Shown: positions 26,740-41,003 of the stretch, one piece after another
Numbering within the stretch: the stretch's first letter is position 1
Layout: each line of letters opens with the position of its first letter
DNA from: Lama guanicoe
Taxonomy: Eukaryota
DNA length: 64,000 nucleotides
Assembly: GCA_013239625.1 (NCBI GenBank)
Contig: MU054323.1
Location: 2,108,001 to 2,172,000 of the forward strand
Reading direction: 5' to 3'
Program-made: the position numbers and the translations under genes
The notes under the pieces: generated by a model
The model's input: only the letters and a program-made list of their open reading frames with translations
Told to the model about the DNA's origin: nothing
Database searches by the model: none

Positions 26740-28400
26740 TAGCTTTATAAAGTATGCGTTTTCTCTATCTTGTTCAATTCCTTCTTGGCTGGAATCCAAC
26801 CTTGTCTATATTTACGATTACTTTGTATATCTTTACACCTAGCTTTATTTTCAGTATTTCTGAACTCATAGTTTTAGCTTTATCTCTAATATAGAAAATA
26901 GAATTGGATTTTGCTATGTGATCCAATCTGAAAATCTTAAATTTTAAAACAGAAGTTGACTTTTAGGTCACTTACATTTATTGATATTATAAATATATGT
27001 GATAATGGGTCTGTGTTTCAATTTTTATTTCATTTTTCATGTTTAAAGATTTTAAAAGATTATTCACTGAGTTTATTTTTTATCTGAACCTGTGTATCTT
27101 TTGACATTTAGGAAGGTTTATATTATTTCCTTCTATTAGTTACCTTGATAACTTTTTATAGTCCCCTTAGTCCCCTATTGTTTTAAAATCCAGGCTCTAT
27201 TACTTTTTACAATGAAAAATAATGAAATTAGGGCACTTCTTCATCTCTCTCTTATCCTCTATTTTTTCTTCAATCATCCAATTTTAACTGGGTTATCTTT
27301 CTCAATGTTTATATTTGCATTATTAAAGATTTTAATCTTTCTATCAGGTGTACATTTTATCCTTTGATCAGCTATTGTAACTGAAGTTATCAGCTTACCT
27401 GTTCTTCCTTATAACTTTTTCCTCCACATTTTCAGTTTTTAATAGTTATGTAATTTCTACATTGTTGGAGCACAAAATATGTGCTTTCTTTTCTGTCACT
27501 CTGCAAATATTTTAGTTTTAGTTCTATGTTAAATATATTCTACACCCATTTGTGCCTTTGTGTTTCTAGTCATCTACAGGTTGGCCAAAACATGTCCTTT
27601 TGTGCTAGTTTTCTGAAGAAAATCTTATGGAAATAATAATCCCTGAGAATATACTCTGTTCTTAACCGTTGATCTGCTTCCTTTTTACTTGAATGAACTT
27701 CTGGCTGAATATAGAATCTGATTTGTATTTTCTCTCCACCTGATCTTATAAGTAAGGCTCCACTGTGTTTTGCTACTGAGTGCTGTTGTGCAGAAGACTC
27801 AAGGACAGCTTGATTTTTCTTTCCCTCACTTGTGTGTTCAGGCTGCCCAAATGATTATTTTTTTCATTTTTGAAGTCAAGTAACTTTACTAGGGTATGTC
27901 TCAGTGATGATCATTCTGTTCTATTTCCCTATAACATAATGTGGCCTTTAATTTTTAATCTGTAATAGTTTAGTGTATGCATTAAAATATTCTAATTCAG
28001 GACTTTTTTGACTTATATTTTGATGTAAATTTGCATTTTTGTATTTACCACACACAATCCTCTTCTCCCCCAGAACATAATTTCAGTGTTTTCTTCAGGG
28101 ATTCCAATTGTGCATATGTTGGATTTGCTTTATCTGTGATCTATTTCTGTCATTTTTTCACTCTAAAATATTATTTTTCTATTCTGCTCATTTCCAGAGT
28201 TCTGTCATTTAACATTTTATCAACTCTTCCCTGATTTTTGCATTTCCACTTTATGGCCTTGCTTTATTAAGTTTTTAAAAGTCATGGTATATGTTTAGTC
28301 ACAGTTTTCACCTGTACTATGGCAACTATTTCTAATGAGAGTCCTCCATCTTTTATTAGATTTTACTTTTCTGTGTCTGCCTTTTTTCTCATAGTATTTT
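26740..28400 (-). mobile_element. Very old LINE-1 fragments (L1ME-like)
   Basis: T-rich + strand with L1 ORF1-like antisense phrases (ctggctgaatatagaatc, ctccactgtgttttgct). Confidence 0.55.
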
Positions 28401-29019
28401 TGTGTATATAATGTGCTGGTTCTCTTTTTATTACTTATCACTGAAGTAGGTTGGTTTTCCTTGGAAAAATTAGAGGATTTCTGGGGAAAGGTCAAGGGTA
28501 ATATTTCAAAACTGACTTTTCACAATTCAAAAGCTTTCTTCTTTGCTGTCATGGAAACCAGCTGTTTTCCACAAAAGTGGCTTATCTATGTGATCATTTG
28601 TTTAGTATTGCTTTCTCTGAGGCTAAATATATCAGAAAAAAAAGTAAAATTTACTTCCTAAAGGTGAGAGGCATACACATAAGTGGAAAAAAAAACTATA
28701 ACTGTTTTTTTGGCAACAGCAACAAAGGAGGTGTAGTGACTATTGGAAGAAACCACCTTCCTCACAGTTTGGTTTTGAAACACAGAGGAACACAGCTCTC
28801 CTTGATGCTTTTGAGTAATTTCCAAAGAGAATAAATAGGGCCTGGTCAGTTTATGTCACTATATTCAAACTAGGTACCCATGTCATTCTTTCTTACCTTC
28901 ATTTTCGATATGTTTAATACTTTATATATTTATATGGTAGTATGTACTTGATCAATAAAAATATAGAAACACGAGGGAAAGTTATATGAACCTACGTTTT
29001 TAAAAAATTGTATAAGTTA

Positions 29020-32000
29020 AAATATTTGGAATCTGCCTAGGATGTAGAAAGCTGGAAAGACTGTTAATCCTATCCTAACAACAATAAAAATCCAGAAAAT
29101 CTAAAACATCACAATTTTTTCTTGAGCCCATGAGAGAGCTGAGGTAACAGGGCAACCAACTAATATGAATCTAAGGGAACAAATTTAAGGAAAAATCTAA
29201 GGTAATCTTCAAGGACAGATGGAATTCAGGAACTGGCATATCTTTGGCAGAGCACTGAGGGAAGGCATACCAGAGACCGTAGAAGTAGGTATTAAAAAGT
29301 CAGGTCATTTTTAAAAACAAATTGATAAAGGCTAAGTGTGGGCTAATGAGAGAACACAGAAGACCTGGAAACCACAGGAAAAAGAAATGAACACTCTCTT
29401 ACAGGCTTTTTCTCTATGGACTTCACTAGTTTCTTATGAGAAGGACTATAGACAGGTTGGAAGATGAAAGTATTCAGTCCTTTGGTGGAGCAGGTGTGGA
29501 GAAGAGGAGCTGCTGCCACTATAGGAAAAGATTAAAGCTCTGCCTTTTCCCGTGTTTCCTAAGAGACAAAAGAATTAAACTGCCAGAAGAAGGGCTTCAA
29601 GCACTGTTACCCCAGAACACAGGTAAAGATCTACTGCTATGGAGTAAGGAAAAAGAAAAACCCTCCACCCTTGGGAGAGGGACAGGAGACCCAGATCAGA
29701 TCATTAAGATATCTCCTATCACTGGGAGAGAGGCAAGATAAATCACATAACTTTTCCCCTAAGACCTAGGGGAATACAGGCACTGCCTTAGATTTAGGAT
29801 TAACTAGAACAGCAGAGAATGCCCCTTTTCCCCACATCATTCCCCTAGCTGGCAGAGACAAACAGTAACAGTTGGGAGGAGAAGGGTGACAACACAGAGA
29901 CCATCCCCGAGGCATGGACACAAAGAGAAGCCCCGCAGCTGAAAATGGAGAGGAATATCATGACAAACCCTCCAGTAACCTGCCAGAGGAATTTGAAGCC
30001 TGTGGTGAAAAGAAGGTAACAATAGCAGCAACAAAATGCATACCCAGTCAGATTCCTGATTTGACTGATTCAGTCAGTCACACTAATTGCTAGCAGAAGA
30101 GGAGGCATGCCTATTACCAGGCAAAAACACTATTTACCAAAGCTTATACTGTCCACATACTATGATTAGAAACGAATCAAAGATTTCTGAGACTACAATA
30201 AAAATAAATAAAAAGAGCAATTAACTTTCAAGGGAAAATAATTAATAGAAAACTCAGCGATGACCTAGATGTCATTAATGTAAGAGAGCAAATTGAAAAT
30301 AATTGTGATTATGTCTTAGCAACTGTATTAAAAAGTAGATGAATAAAGTAGTAGTTTCAACAAAGAGTAGAAAATATGAGAGTTAAATGGAAGTGCTAGA
30401 AAGAAATAAATGGTACAGAAATGAAGAATGGTTTTGATTCATTAATTGAGTCGGTATAGCTGAGGAAAGAATCAGTGAACTTGAAGACAGGTCAACAGAA
30501 ATTACCTAAACTGAAAATAAAGAGAAAAAATAGTAGGGGGAAGAAGAACAGGGCATTGAAATGCTGTGGAATACACATACATACACCATATTCAAACTGC
30601 TGAAACACAAAGAAATATAGACAGTCTTGAAGGAAGCCAGAGAAAAATAGAGACATTACATACAGAGGGCCAAGTTAAGAATCTCCAACAATTTGTTGTC
30701 AGAATTTATGCAAGTCAGAGACAATGAATGGGTATCTTTAAAGTGCTGAAAGAAAAACAGGGGAAATACACAAAGCTATAGCCAGTCAAAATAAAATATT
30801 TTTCAGTAATGAAGGAGAGTAAAGAGTTTTTCAGACAAAGGAAAACTAAGAGCTTTTAGTAACAGCAGGTTGGTTCTACATAAAATGTAAAAAGATGGTC
30901 TTCTGGCAAAAGGAGTAAGATACCAGGGAGAAACCTGGATCTACACAAAGAAATGAAGATTCCTGGAAATGGTTAAAATGAAGATGAATAAAAAAGATAT
31001 ATTTTTGTCTTATCCTTATTCATTCTAAAGATAATTGACTACCTAAATTAAAAAAATAGTAGCAAAGTATTGTGAGTTTATAGTATAGATGAAAAGATGA
31101 AAGTAAATTGTATGACAGTGTCACAAAACAAGGGGGAGAGGAATTGAGAGTACACTGTTGTAATGTTTTTACAGTATACCTGATGTGACATAATATTGTT
31201 TGAAAGTAGGCTGTAATTACTTAAAGTTGCATATTGTAATTCCTAGGATAACCACTGAAAAATGTAAAATGAGCTATAAATCAATAGTGGAGATAAAATG
31301 GAATCCTACATTCAATATAAACAACACATTCAAAAGCAAAAATCACAAAAGGAAAAAGAAACTGAAGATAACTAAAGACAAAACAAATAGAAAAATTAGG
31401 AAAATGGTAGATTTAATCCCACCTAAGTAAGAATCACATTTGATACAAATGTTCTAAAAACAGAAATTAAAACACAGGGATTATCGTATTATACAGAAAA
31501 GCAACAGAAACTATGTAATTGCTACAAGAAAACCAATTTAAATACGGAGACAATTTATATGTAAGAACATAAATAAATTAAAGGTAAAAACAGAAAAGAT
31601 GTACCAAACAAACATCAGTCCAAGTAAAAAATCTAGAATGGTAGTATGGATATCAGACAGAGGGGCATTGAATAATGAAAAGGGATTAATTTGCAAGAAT
31701 AGATAATAATCTTAAATATTTGGGCACTGAACAACATAAATTAGAAATACATGAAGCAAAAATTATATAATTGAAGGGAGAAATAGATTTATCCTTAACT
31801 ATACTTGAAGACTGCAATGCTGCCTCCTCAATAGTGGGTAGAAGTAGGAGAAAGAAAATCACTGATAATATTAAACACTTGGGCAATATGACCTGCATAA
31901 TAAACTATCAACTTACTTAATCAAATTTACATTTATTGAATGTTCAACCCGCAAACAGCAGAGTAAACATTCTTTTCAAGTACACTTGAAACATTCACCA

Positions 32001-34915
32001 GGATAGACTATGTTCTGGGCATAAAACACTCCTCAGAAATTTAAATAGTTGAAATCATAGAAAATATATTATCTAACTACAACAGAATTCTACTTGGAAT
32101 TAATAATGGAAAGAAACCTGGAAAAATTCCAAATATTTGACAATTAAATAACCCATTTATAAATAACCTATAACTCAAATATAAAGTCACAAGGAATTAA
32201 AAAGTACTTTGAATTGAATAAAAATTACAAACCACCTATCAAAATTTGTGGGGTGCAACTACAGTAGCATTTAGAGGAAATGTTATAGTATTAAATGTTT
32301 ATTGTAGAAGAGAAATCTTAAATCAGTGGCCTTAACTTCCACCTTTAAAAACTTAGGAAGAGCTGGTTAAAGATAAATAAAAATTAAAAAAAATTGTTTC
32401 AAGTCTAGCTAGATTGACCATAAAGGCAGGGGGTAAACAGAAAGTAAATATTACTGATGTTAAAAATGAAAAGGGGTACATTACCAAAGATCCTAAAAAT
32501 AATAAAGTTATAATAAAACAATATGAGAAAATGTTTATGCTTATTAATTCAATGACTTAACTGAAATTGACAGATTCCTTGAAAGACACAAACTCATAAA
32601 CTACCAGAAGAAGAAACAGAAGAAAGAGAAAATCTGCAATATAACTGAATTCTTAGTTAAAAGCATTCCTAAAATAAAAGTCCAAGCCCAGATGGCTTCT
32701 CTGAATTCTACCATATATTTAAAGCAGAAATAATATGAACTCTGAAGTCTTCCAGAAAACGGACAGGGAGAAAAATACTTCCCACCTCATTTTATGAGGT
32801 CAGCATTACTCTCTAAGTTCTTACAAAATAAAAACATTCAAGAACATAAAGGCAAAAAAAAAATTCTAAACTAAATTTTAACAAATTGGATCCAGCAATA
32901 TATAAAAAAGGATAATACAACATGACCAAGTTGAATTTATACCATCAATATAATTCATCAATGTACATATCAACAGACTAGAGAAGCCACATGATTTTCT
33001 CAATAATGCAAAAAAGACATATGACACAATTCAACATGGATTTATTATAAAACTCTAAAAATAGGAATAGAAGGCAATTCCTTTAACCTGACAAAGGACA
33101 TCTTGATAGAACCTGTGGATAATATACTTAATAGTCAATGACTGAATGTCCCCCTCTAAGATTAGGCAAGGGTGTCTGCTCTCATAATGTTTATTGAACA
33201 TTGTACTGAATGTATTAGCAAGGGTAATAAGGCAAGAAAGATAAATAAAGGACATACAGAATGGAAACAAATAAAAGTATTCTTATTCATAGTCAAAACT
33301 GTCTGTGCAGAAAATCTCAAATAACCTGCAAAATTTTTACTATGACTAACAAGTGACTTTAACAAAGTTGCAGGATCTAAACTCAGTATACAAAAATAAA
33401 TTGTGGCTCTGTATATTTGCATAAATAAACTGGAAGTCAAAAATTTAAAGGTATAATTTGTAATACTACCCCAAATTATTAAATACTTAGGTATAAATCT
33501 AACAAAATATGTGTGATATCTATATACTGAAATTTAAAAAACACTGATGAAAGAAATCAAATATGATCTAAATAAATGGAGAAATATACTCTGTCCACAG
33601 GCTGAAAAACTTGCTGTTGTTAAGGTATCTCCCAAGATTAAGCTATAAATTCAACATAATCATAATAAAAATTCCAACAGGATTTTTTTCCAGAAAAGGA
33701 CAAGAAAATTCTTAAATCTATATGAAAATAAAAAGGAATCAAAATATCAAAGAGAATTTTGAAAAATGATGAATTTGGAGGAGTCCCACCACCAGTCTCA
33801 AGACTTAACTATAAAACTATGATAATCAAGACAGTGTGATATTTGCAGAAAGATAGATGTCTATAGTAGAGGAACAGAAAGCCAGTCTTTCCCACAGATA
33901 GTGCTGGGACAATTAGGCTATATCATAACAGTAAAAATGAACCTTATTCATTACTTTGCACAAATATAAAAATCAACTCAAATAGGTAATAATTCTAAAA
34001 ACATAAAAGATAAGATTATAAAAACTTCTGTACAGAAAAGTAGGAAATTTTTGTGACCTAGGGTTAGGCAAAGATTTCTTACATATGACGTTAAAAGCAC
34101 AATTCATGAAAGAACAAGTAGATACATTGAATTTCATTAAAATTACAAGTTTTGGCTTATTGAAGGACACTAAAAGATATTAAGAGAATGAAAAGACAAG
34201 CACAGACTGAGAGAAAGTATTTGCAAAACACATATGGTAAAGAACTTGTATCCAGAATATATAAAGAACTTTAAAATCTCAATAATAAAATAATGAACAA
34301 CCCTATTCAAATGAACAAGTGATTTGAACAGGTATTTTTGCCAAAGAATACATATAACGGCAAATAAGCACTTGATAAAATACTCAGTATCATCTGTCGC
34401 TAGGGTAATACGAGTTAAAACCACAATGGGATATTACTGTGTAACCACCAGAACAGCTTAAAACAAACAAACAAATGAAAAAAACCTGACAATACCAAAT
34501 GCCTGGCAAGGATGCAGAGCAAAAAAATCACTCACACAGTGCTGTTGGAAGTGCGACGTGGTTTGTTCACTTTGGGAAATGGTTTGGCAACTTACCATGT
34601 GACCTAGAAATCCTACTCCTAGGTTTTTACCCATGAGAAATGGGTAAATTTTGTGTTTACACAGGACCCTGTATGCAGATGCTTAAAATGGCTTTATTTA
34701 TACATGCCGACAACTGGAAATGACCTAAAAATCCTCCCATAGGTAAATGAATAAAGAAAAAGTGGTATATCCATGGAACAGACAACTACTATTCAGCAGT
34801 AAAAAGGAATACGTTACTGATACGTGGGATGGCATGGATGAATCTCAAATGCATCATGCGCTAAAAATGACGAATTAGACTGATGTAAATTACACCTCAA
34901 CAACTCTGATTAAAA
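29020..34915 (+). mobile_element. Ancient, near-full-length degenerate LINE-1 (L1M/L1MC-like) in NT5C1B intron 9, antisense to the gene
   Basis: A-rich + strand with colinear ORF1 remnants (~30200-30950) and ORF2 remnants (e.g. aagtccaagcccagatggcttc, KSPGPDGF-like, ~32680); many frameshifts; boundaries approximate. Confidence 0.85.
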
Positions 34916-36380
34916 CATGCACACACACTTGGAGATCACTATTGCAGAATGGTTAAGATGACACAGAGATCAAATCAGGAGACAGCCATTACTAGCCATG
35001 GTACCACACTGGAGGCTTATAAGCTGCAATGAGAGTGGTTAAATTAATCCTATCCAGCTGTCCCATTTGTTGGTGACTCTCACATCTCCTCCATTTGAGA
35101 CAACTGGGACATTGTCATGCCCAAACCACAAGCTCCATGACCAACATAGCTGAAAGCCCTGGGTAGTAATCATACCTCGTAACTTCCTTCTCATCAGCGG
35201 AACACATCTGGCAAAGCGGGGTCTTTCCATATTTATCCACTGCCAGAAGGACCGCATAATGAAAACAAGCATGCTTAATAAAAATTCATTAGGTATTCCT
35301 GCTATAACTAGTGTTGGGCTTCACAATTTCGATTGTTTAATGGCAAAAATGATTTAAAATATGGAAAAAAAAAGAACTGATAAGTGAAAAATCTAAAAGA
35401 AATTTGGATTATTTCCCTGAGATAGAAAAAAAATGGTATTTTAAGATTATTTTGAAATAATTCTTTTTTGGAAGTTTTTTTAAAGATCTTGTACATTTTA
35501 ATAACACTTAAAGGCTACTATACAATAGGCCCTGAATTTCAGCCAAGCAGACTTATGTAAAATATAACAAAGGGTTTTCCTTTCAATAGGGAATTTTGTT
35601 AACACTGAACAACTTCTTGAGCTCAAGACTTCTAAAAAAGCTATTTAGGAAAGGGCTATGAAGTTAAACACACACATATAAACACACACACAGAGTTTAA
35701 TTATCCCTTGCTGTAACATGAGGCGAGTTAGTAAAACTTCCAGCTTTCAATTAGTCTCTTCATACTTTTATGAATGTAATAAAACTAACAATATTTAAGT
35801 TTATCTTAAGCTCAAGAAGAGCTGAGAAAAAATGGCCAATTAAAAAAAGGCCTTGGTAAGATTCATAGACTAAAACTAAATGATCAGTTATTTCAGATTC
35901 AGTTTGGAGAATATTTTGAAGTTTCAAATCTTTTGCTTCAGGAGTTATAGGTTTTGTTCATTTCAGACCATGACTTTGACACTTTGATTCATGGATTGAT
36001 TCCCCAAATACCTAAGTTTTCAGTTTCAATTTATTAGTTGTTCATATTTTGCACTTGTTTGAGGCTCATTCGTTGATTTAATTCAAGCTCTCAGTTTTGC
36101 AGATTTTCTCAGTTAAGTGATGCCTTTATTGAGTTTGAGGTTATGGACAGAGAGGTTCAACAAATGTTTCCTGACCTGTTGGAAATGACCTTATTATTTT
36201 GAGAACCTATTATGTAGAAATGGCTAACTGGTAAGCTGTATTACCACTGTTACTCATAATTTGGAGGAGGTGAACTCATTATCATGAGAAGATCATAGAA
36301 ACATTTCCAAAAGGATAGATAAAAGAATGCTACAACTAAAAAAAGAGTTGGCAGCAGATGCTTTTAAATGAGGAGTTCAC

Positions 36381-37113
36381 GGTGGGAATGCAGTTTGGTG
36401 CAGCCACTGTGGAAAACAGTATGGAGATTCCTCAAAAGACTAGGGATAGACTTACCATGTGACCCAGTAATCCCACTTCTGGGCATGTATCCAGAAGGAA
36501 CCCTACTTCAAAATGACACCTGCACCCCAATGTTCATAGCAGCACTATTTACAATAGCCAAGACATGGAAACAGCCTAAATGTCCATCAACAGATGACTG
36601 GATAAAGAAGATGTGGTATATTTATATAATGGAATACTATTTAGCCATAAAAACCAACAACATAAAGCCATTTGCAGCAACATAGATGTTCCTGGAGAAT
36701 GTCATTCTAAGTGAAGTAAGCCAGAAAGAGAAAGAAAAATACCACATGAGATAGCTCATATGTGGAATCTAAAAAAAAAAAAAAAAACAAAAAAAAAAAA
36801 GAACACAAATGCAAAACAGAAACAGACTCATAGACATAGACTACAAACTTGTGGTTGCCAAGGGAGGGGTGGGAAAGGGATAGACTGGGAGTTCAAAATT
36901 TGTAGATACTGACAGTCTTATGTAGAACAGATAAACAAGATTATGCTGTATAGCACAGGGAAATATATACAAGATCTTGTGGTAGCTCACAGAAAAAAAT
37001 GTGACAGTGAATATATGTATGTTCATGTAGAACTGAAAAATTGGGCTCTGCACTGAAATTTGACACATTATTGTAAAATGACTATAACTCAATAAAAAAT
37101 GTTAAATAAAATA
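36381..37113 (+). mobile_element. Young 5'-truncated LINE-1 (ORF2 C-terminus, 3'UTR, A-rich tail)
   Basis: Peptide [18 protein letters not shown]...CTPMFIAALFTIAKTWKQPKCP; 15-bp TSD aaatgaggagttcac (36366-36380) / aaataaggagttcac (37114-37128); TTTT/AA site. Confidence 0.93.
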
Positions 37114-37260
37114 AAATAAGGAGTTCACAAAAGAAAGGGAGAAAACTACAAAGAATAAGAAGTGAGAAGTGGCCTGCCTAAAAAAAGGTATCACAATGAA
37201 GAAGTATTTATGTCTTGGAAAATAAGTAGATCAAAATTAATTAGAACTCACTGAACTTAC

Positions 37261-37445
37261 CTGAGCAAGAGGCTTATTCTCAAATAGCGTTTCATGTTGA
37301 AAGAATTTGTCCAGCCCATGCTCTTTGGTAATATGGTCAGACTCATCAGAGAAGAGGACTGCATCCCCATCAAAGGCCACACGGAGCTGTGTGTCACAAT
37401 AAGCCATGTCTTTTGCTCCATCGAACATTGTTGCAGAGGCGATTC
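37261..37445 (-). CDS. NT5C1B: NT5C1B exon 9 (GIASATMF...[16 protein letters not shown]...KPLAQ), HAD motif I
   Basis: Acceptor gccag|, donor CAG|gtaagt, 185 nt, phase 1-0; catalytic DxDxV motif DGDAV. Confidence 0.96.
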
Positions 37446-37855
37446 CTGGCAGAACATTGGGATTGATTAATACTCTTCTCAGGATCATGAATTTTAGTGT
37501 CTACTATGAAAAAAAAAAAAGTCCTCCCAGACCTTGAATTTCCTCTCTAGCTATTCTCTGAAAATGACTCAACTCCTCTTCACAACCACACATCTCAAAA
37601 CAGTTGTCTTTGTACTGCCTCCGTTTCTATAAGGGATGGGAAAGTGTGAAATAGGTTGTAGGATAAGCACTGAACATGCCCACCTCGAAGAAGGTCGAAG
37701 CTCTAAAAGACAAACTTGAGGGCTGCCACTTACGGAGACACCTTAGCAGAAAATCCAACAATAACATAAACCACGTAACCATATGTGAAGCCCAATGGAA
37801 GGAAACGCTCTTGCAGACCTCTTTATTAACCAGAGAGAGAAGACCAAACTAATAC

Positions 37856-37978
37856 CTTCTTGTATCGCTTCTTGTACTTTTTCAGAATCCGCAGAAAGAT
37901 ACAAGTTGGTAAGATACGCCTTCAAATATCCAATGGGGCTTTTTCCACCAGTCAGACAGAAGCGGTCAATTAGTAAGC
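37856..37978 (-). CDS. NT5C1B: NT5C1B exon 8 ([42 protein letters not shown])
   Basis: Acceptor aatag|, donor G|gtatta, 123 nt, phase 1-1. Confidence 0.95.
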
Positions 37979-40397
37979 CTATTATCAGGCAAACAAGACT
38001 TTGTTATGTCAGAGAGTAAAAACCATATACTTACTATAAATGCAAGTGAAAGTTACCTTAGGAATAACTGAGTCCCTATTGAGATTTTAGAATTAGGCCC
38101 AATATTGAAAAATGTCTCAGCTATTTTATATAATAGTGGATCTGTTTGGTTATGGTAGTTTATGGTCCAGATACATCCAGGTAGGCCATGCCAGTTTACT
38201 CTCACAACAACTGTTCTGGCAGGCTTTATTATCCTCGTTACAGAAAAGGAAACTGAGACACAAAGGCTTGTCTAAGCCCACTGGTTCACATCAACTCTTG
38301 TCTAGTCTAGGACAGTGCATTTTCCCTTCAGCTACAGCATCCTCACCTGTTGAGAGGGCCAGTTCGGACATGGTCTGTTTTTAAGTACCATTTCTGTATT
38401 TCTTTAGTAACAATACAGTAGTAATAACAAGTAGTGATAGGATTTAAACTATTTTATAAAAACAACAAATGGCCTGAAATTGTCTCTTGACTTGAAATTT
38501 TAAATACAATTAGCAGACTAAACATTAATATACCGTTAAATGTCTTTCAAATCAACAACAATAAAAAATACTAGACAAATGTGATATTTGGTGAGAGGTT
38601 TGTAAAATAGGCACCCACATACACTATGAATGAAAGTATAGATTGGTACAAGCTATCTAGAAAGTAATTTGATATTTGTTGATAAAAGTATCAATAGCTA
38701 TTAAGAGGTTTATACCTTTTGACCTGTGTTTCCTTTTTTGAAGAGTTTATCCTAAGGGAATAATCTGAAACTCTGTTAAAGATTTATGTAGAAAGGTCTC
38801 AGCACAGGATTATTTATAAAAGCAAAACATGGTTCAGTGATGTGAGAATAGCTAAAGTGTAACACTGTCCATAAGGATATCATGTACCCATTCAGAGTGT
38901 TTTTGGATATATGATAAACTGGGTAGCTGCAGATGATACAAAGCAGAATTTTGAGTCCAGTCAGTTGTTTGAGTCTCGTCACTTGTTTATCTTCTGCATG
39001 GACCAAGAGACTGGATACGGTCTCTCAGCAGTAGAAGTGGAAGTGTTTGCTCGGTATTGACAAAATACTGTCACTTTTTCACGTAAGCCAACATTGGGCC
39101 TAAGTGGCACCAAAGTGAACCATACTATTAATTTAATGATCAGAAATTATTTGGTGGCACTGGGGGCTTCAGAAATCATTAAAACATCATCCCTCTTCTC
39201 AGGGAGATCACAGTGCACTGAGGAGCCAGTCATGTAAATAGAAAATTATAACAAAGACCATAGCAAAGAGTGAGACAAGTTGCCTTTAGCACCCAGAGGA
39301 GGGAAGTAAGTAACTCTTCCAGGTAAAAAGTTGTTAATCCCTCAGCAAGGCTGCATAAGATTGGGCTTAATGTGTTCATTAACAATTAATAAATAAATAG
39401 CCATAGTTTCTTTTTGCCACAGGCCTCAATGGGCTCAGTGTGGTGAGGGGCAGATAGACCTAAATCACCTACTAAATCAAATAAGACAGTGTTTTGTAAA
39501 AATAATAGCTGTCCTTTATTGAGTGACTGTGCCACTCATCTGTGCTAAACCTTTTGTATATGTTGTCTTTTCATAGCATAGTACTCTGAAGATGGCATTT
39601 TTGAAAGGCAGACATATTTTCAACTGTCTCAGTAAGACATCAGCCTTATTAGCATAATATAATAAAACTCATAACTTTGTAATACAAATTGACTGTATGT
39701 AAATATGCCCAGTGAAAACCTAGAATTTAAATATACCAAATGTAAACCTTATTTTGACTTGACATACCTGTAAGACTGGATATTTCACTTAGAAAATAGG
39801 TTAAAGGTCCCCATGTAAGAAGTCAGGTAATTCCCTAACAGGGAAAGTGGGGACTTAAAGTCTCCAATGCCTGATGGAACTGCTATGAAGAGACAGAACC
39901 GATCACATTTTCCCTGTAAAGTAATAAAGATAGTTTTGCCGGCATGAGTATGGATTTGATGGGGGGAAGGGAGCAGCCGGGGAGAGTCAGATGTTAAGAG
40001 TAGAAAGGAGAGGTAAAAACCTTTAAACCTTTAACATGCATTTGTGGTGAGCAAGAAGTTTGATCACCCAGAACAAGGCTCTGGGTTGACGGCTCCTTGA
40101 AGTCAAGTTCAGAAGTGAAAAACATAAAACAGAGAAATATATTGCAGGGCCTGGGATTAAGACTTTGAAATTCACACTTGACAAGTTAAGTCCAGTGCTT
40201 TGAGCCCAACTCTGTGCCGAAGTTAAAAATGAACATGGCCTCTCTTGCTCTGACATAGGCAAATAAACATTCCTCACGCAGAAGGGGGTGTCAGTATCAA
40301 AGACACTGCATTAGTTAGGCCACAGTTAGCAAAATAACATGGCTTCTCTCTTCCAGAGCAGCGAGCTGTTCTTCCACATGGTATTTATTTTACTTAC

Positions 40398-40527
40398 CAT
40401 AGTGATTGACGCTGTTTATAAGCCGCACTCCCACTTGGGCATGGTTATTAGTCATCAGTACAATATCAAATAGGTCCTGTTCATCAGGATACAGCTCACG
40501 GAGTCTAGCATTGACATGCTGCAGTGC
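40398..40527 (-). CDS. NT5C1B: NT5C1B exon 7 ([44 protein letters not shown])
   Basis: Acceptor ttcag|, donor G|gtaagt, 130 nt, phase 0-1. Confidence 0.95.
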
Positions 40528-40896
40528 CTGAAGGTTACAAACGTGAATGTGCGTAAAGAGGGCCAGGCAAGATGGGCATTGGGAAACTGGAGAGAAGGGA
40601 TCACATTGGTATCGAATTCAAGCCTTGAAGACTCTTCACTGAGAGACTGTGGCTTCTTTAAGACAGGGTTATGGCATTCATTTCTGTATTTTCAGCCCCT
40701 TATGCAAAGGACCTAAATTAATGTTTACTGAAAGATGGGTAATGTTTGTTGAAAATTGCTATATTTGGTTTACTGGAATTATTTCAGTGGGGTAGATAGC
40801 TAGGATCAGGCTAACCCTTTTATGGTTTTGTCTGTTTTTGTGTTTGATTCACAAAATCTGTCTTTCTTGATCATCTGATGATTATTTTTTACTGTG

Positions 40897-41003
40897 AAAA
40901 GTATAGGCTTCTCCATGAATTTACATGTTATCCTTGCACAGAAGCCATGCTAATGGTCTCCGTATTGCTCCAGTTTTAGTAGATATGCTGCCAAAGCGAG
41001 CGA
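40897..41003 (-). pseudogene. RNU6 (pseudogene): U6 snRNA retro-pseudogene in NT5C1B intron 6
   Basis: The reverse complement reads GCTCGCTTTGGCAGCATATCTACTAAAACTGGAGCAATACGGAGACCATTAGCATGGCTTCTGTGCAAGGATAACATGTAAATTC..., colinear with full-length U6; ACAGAGA box mutated. Confidence 0.92.

Noticed and set aside
36368..36685. 105-aa ORF as a host gene
   Set aside because: It is the LINE-1 ORF2 C-terminus inside a truncated insertion
40897..41003. Functional U6 snRNA gene
   Set aside because: Many substitutions including the ACAGAGA box; no evident PSE/TATA promoter; retrocopy-like flanks
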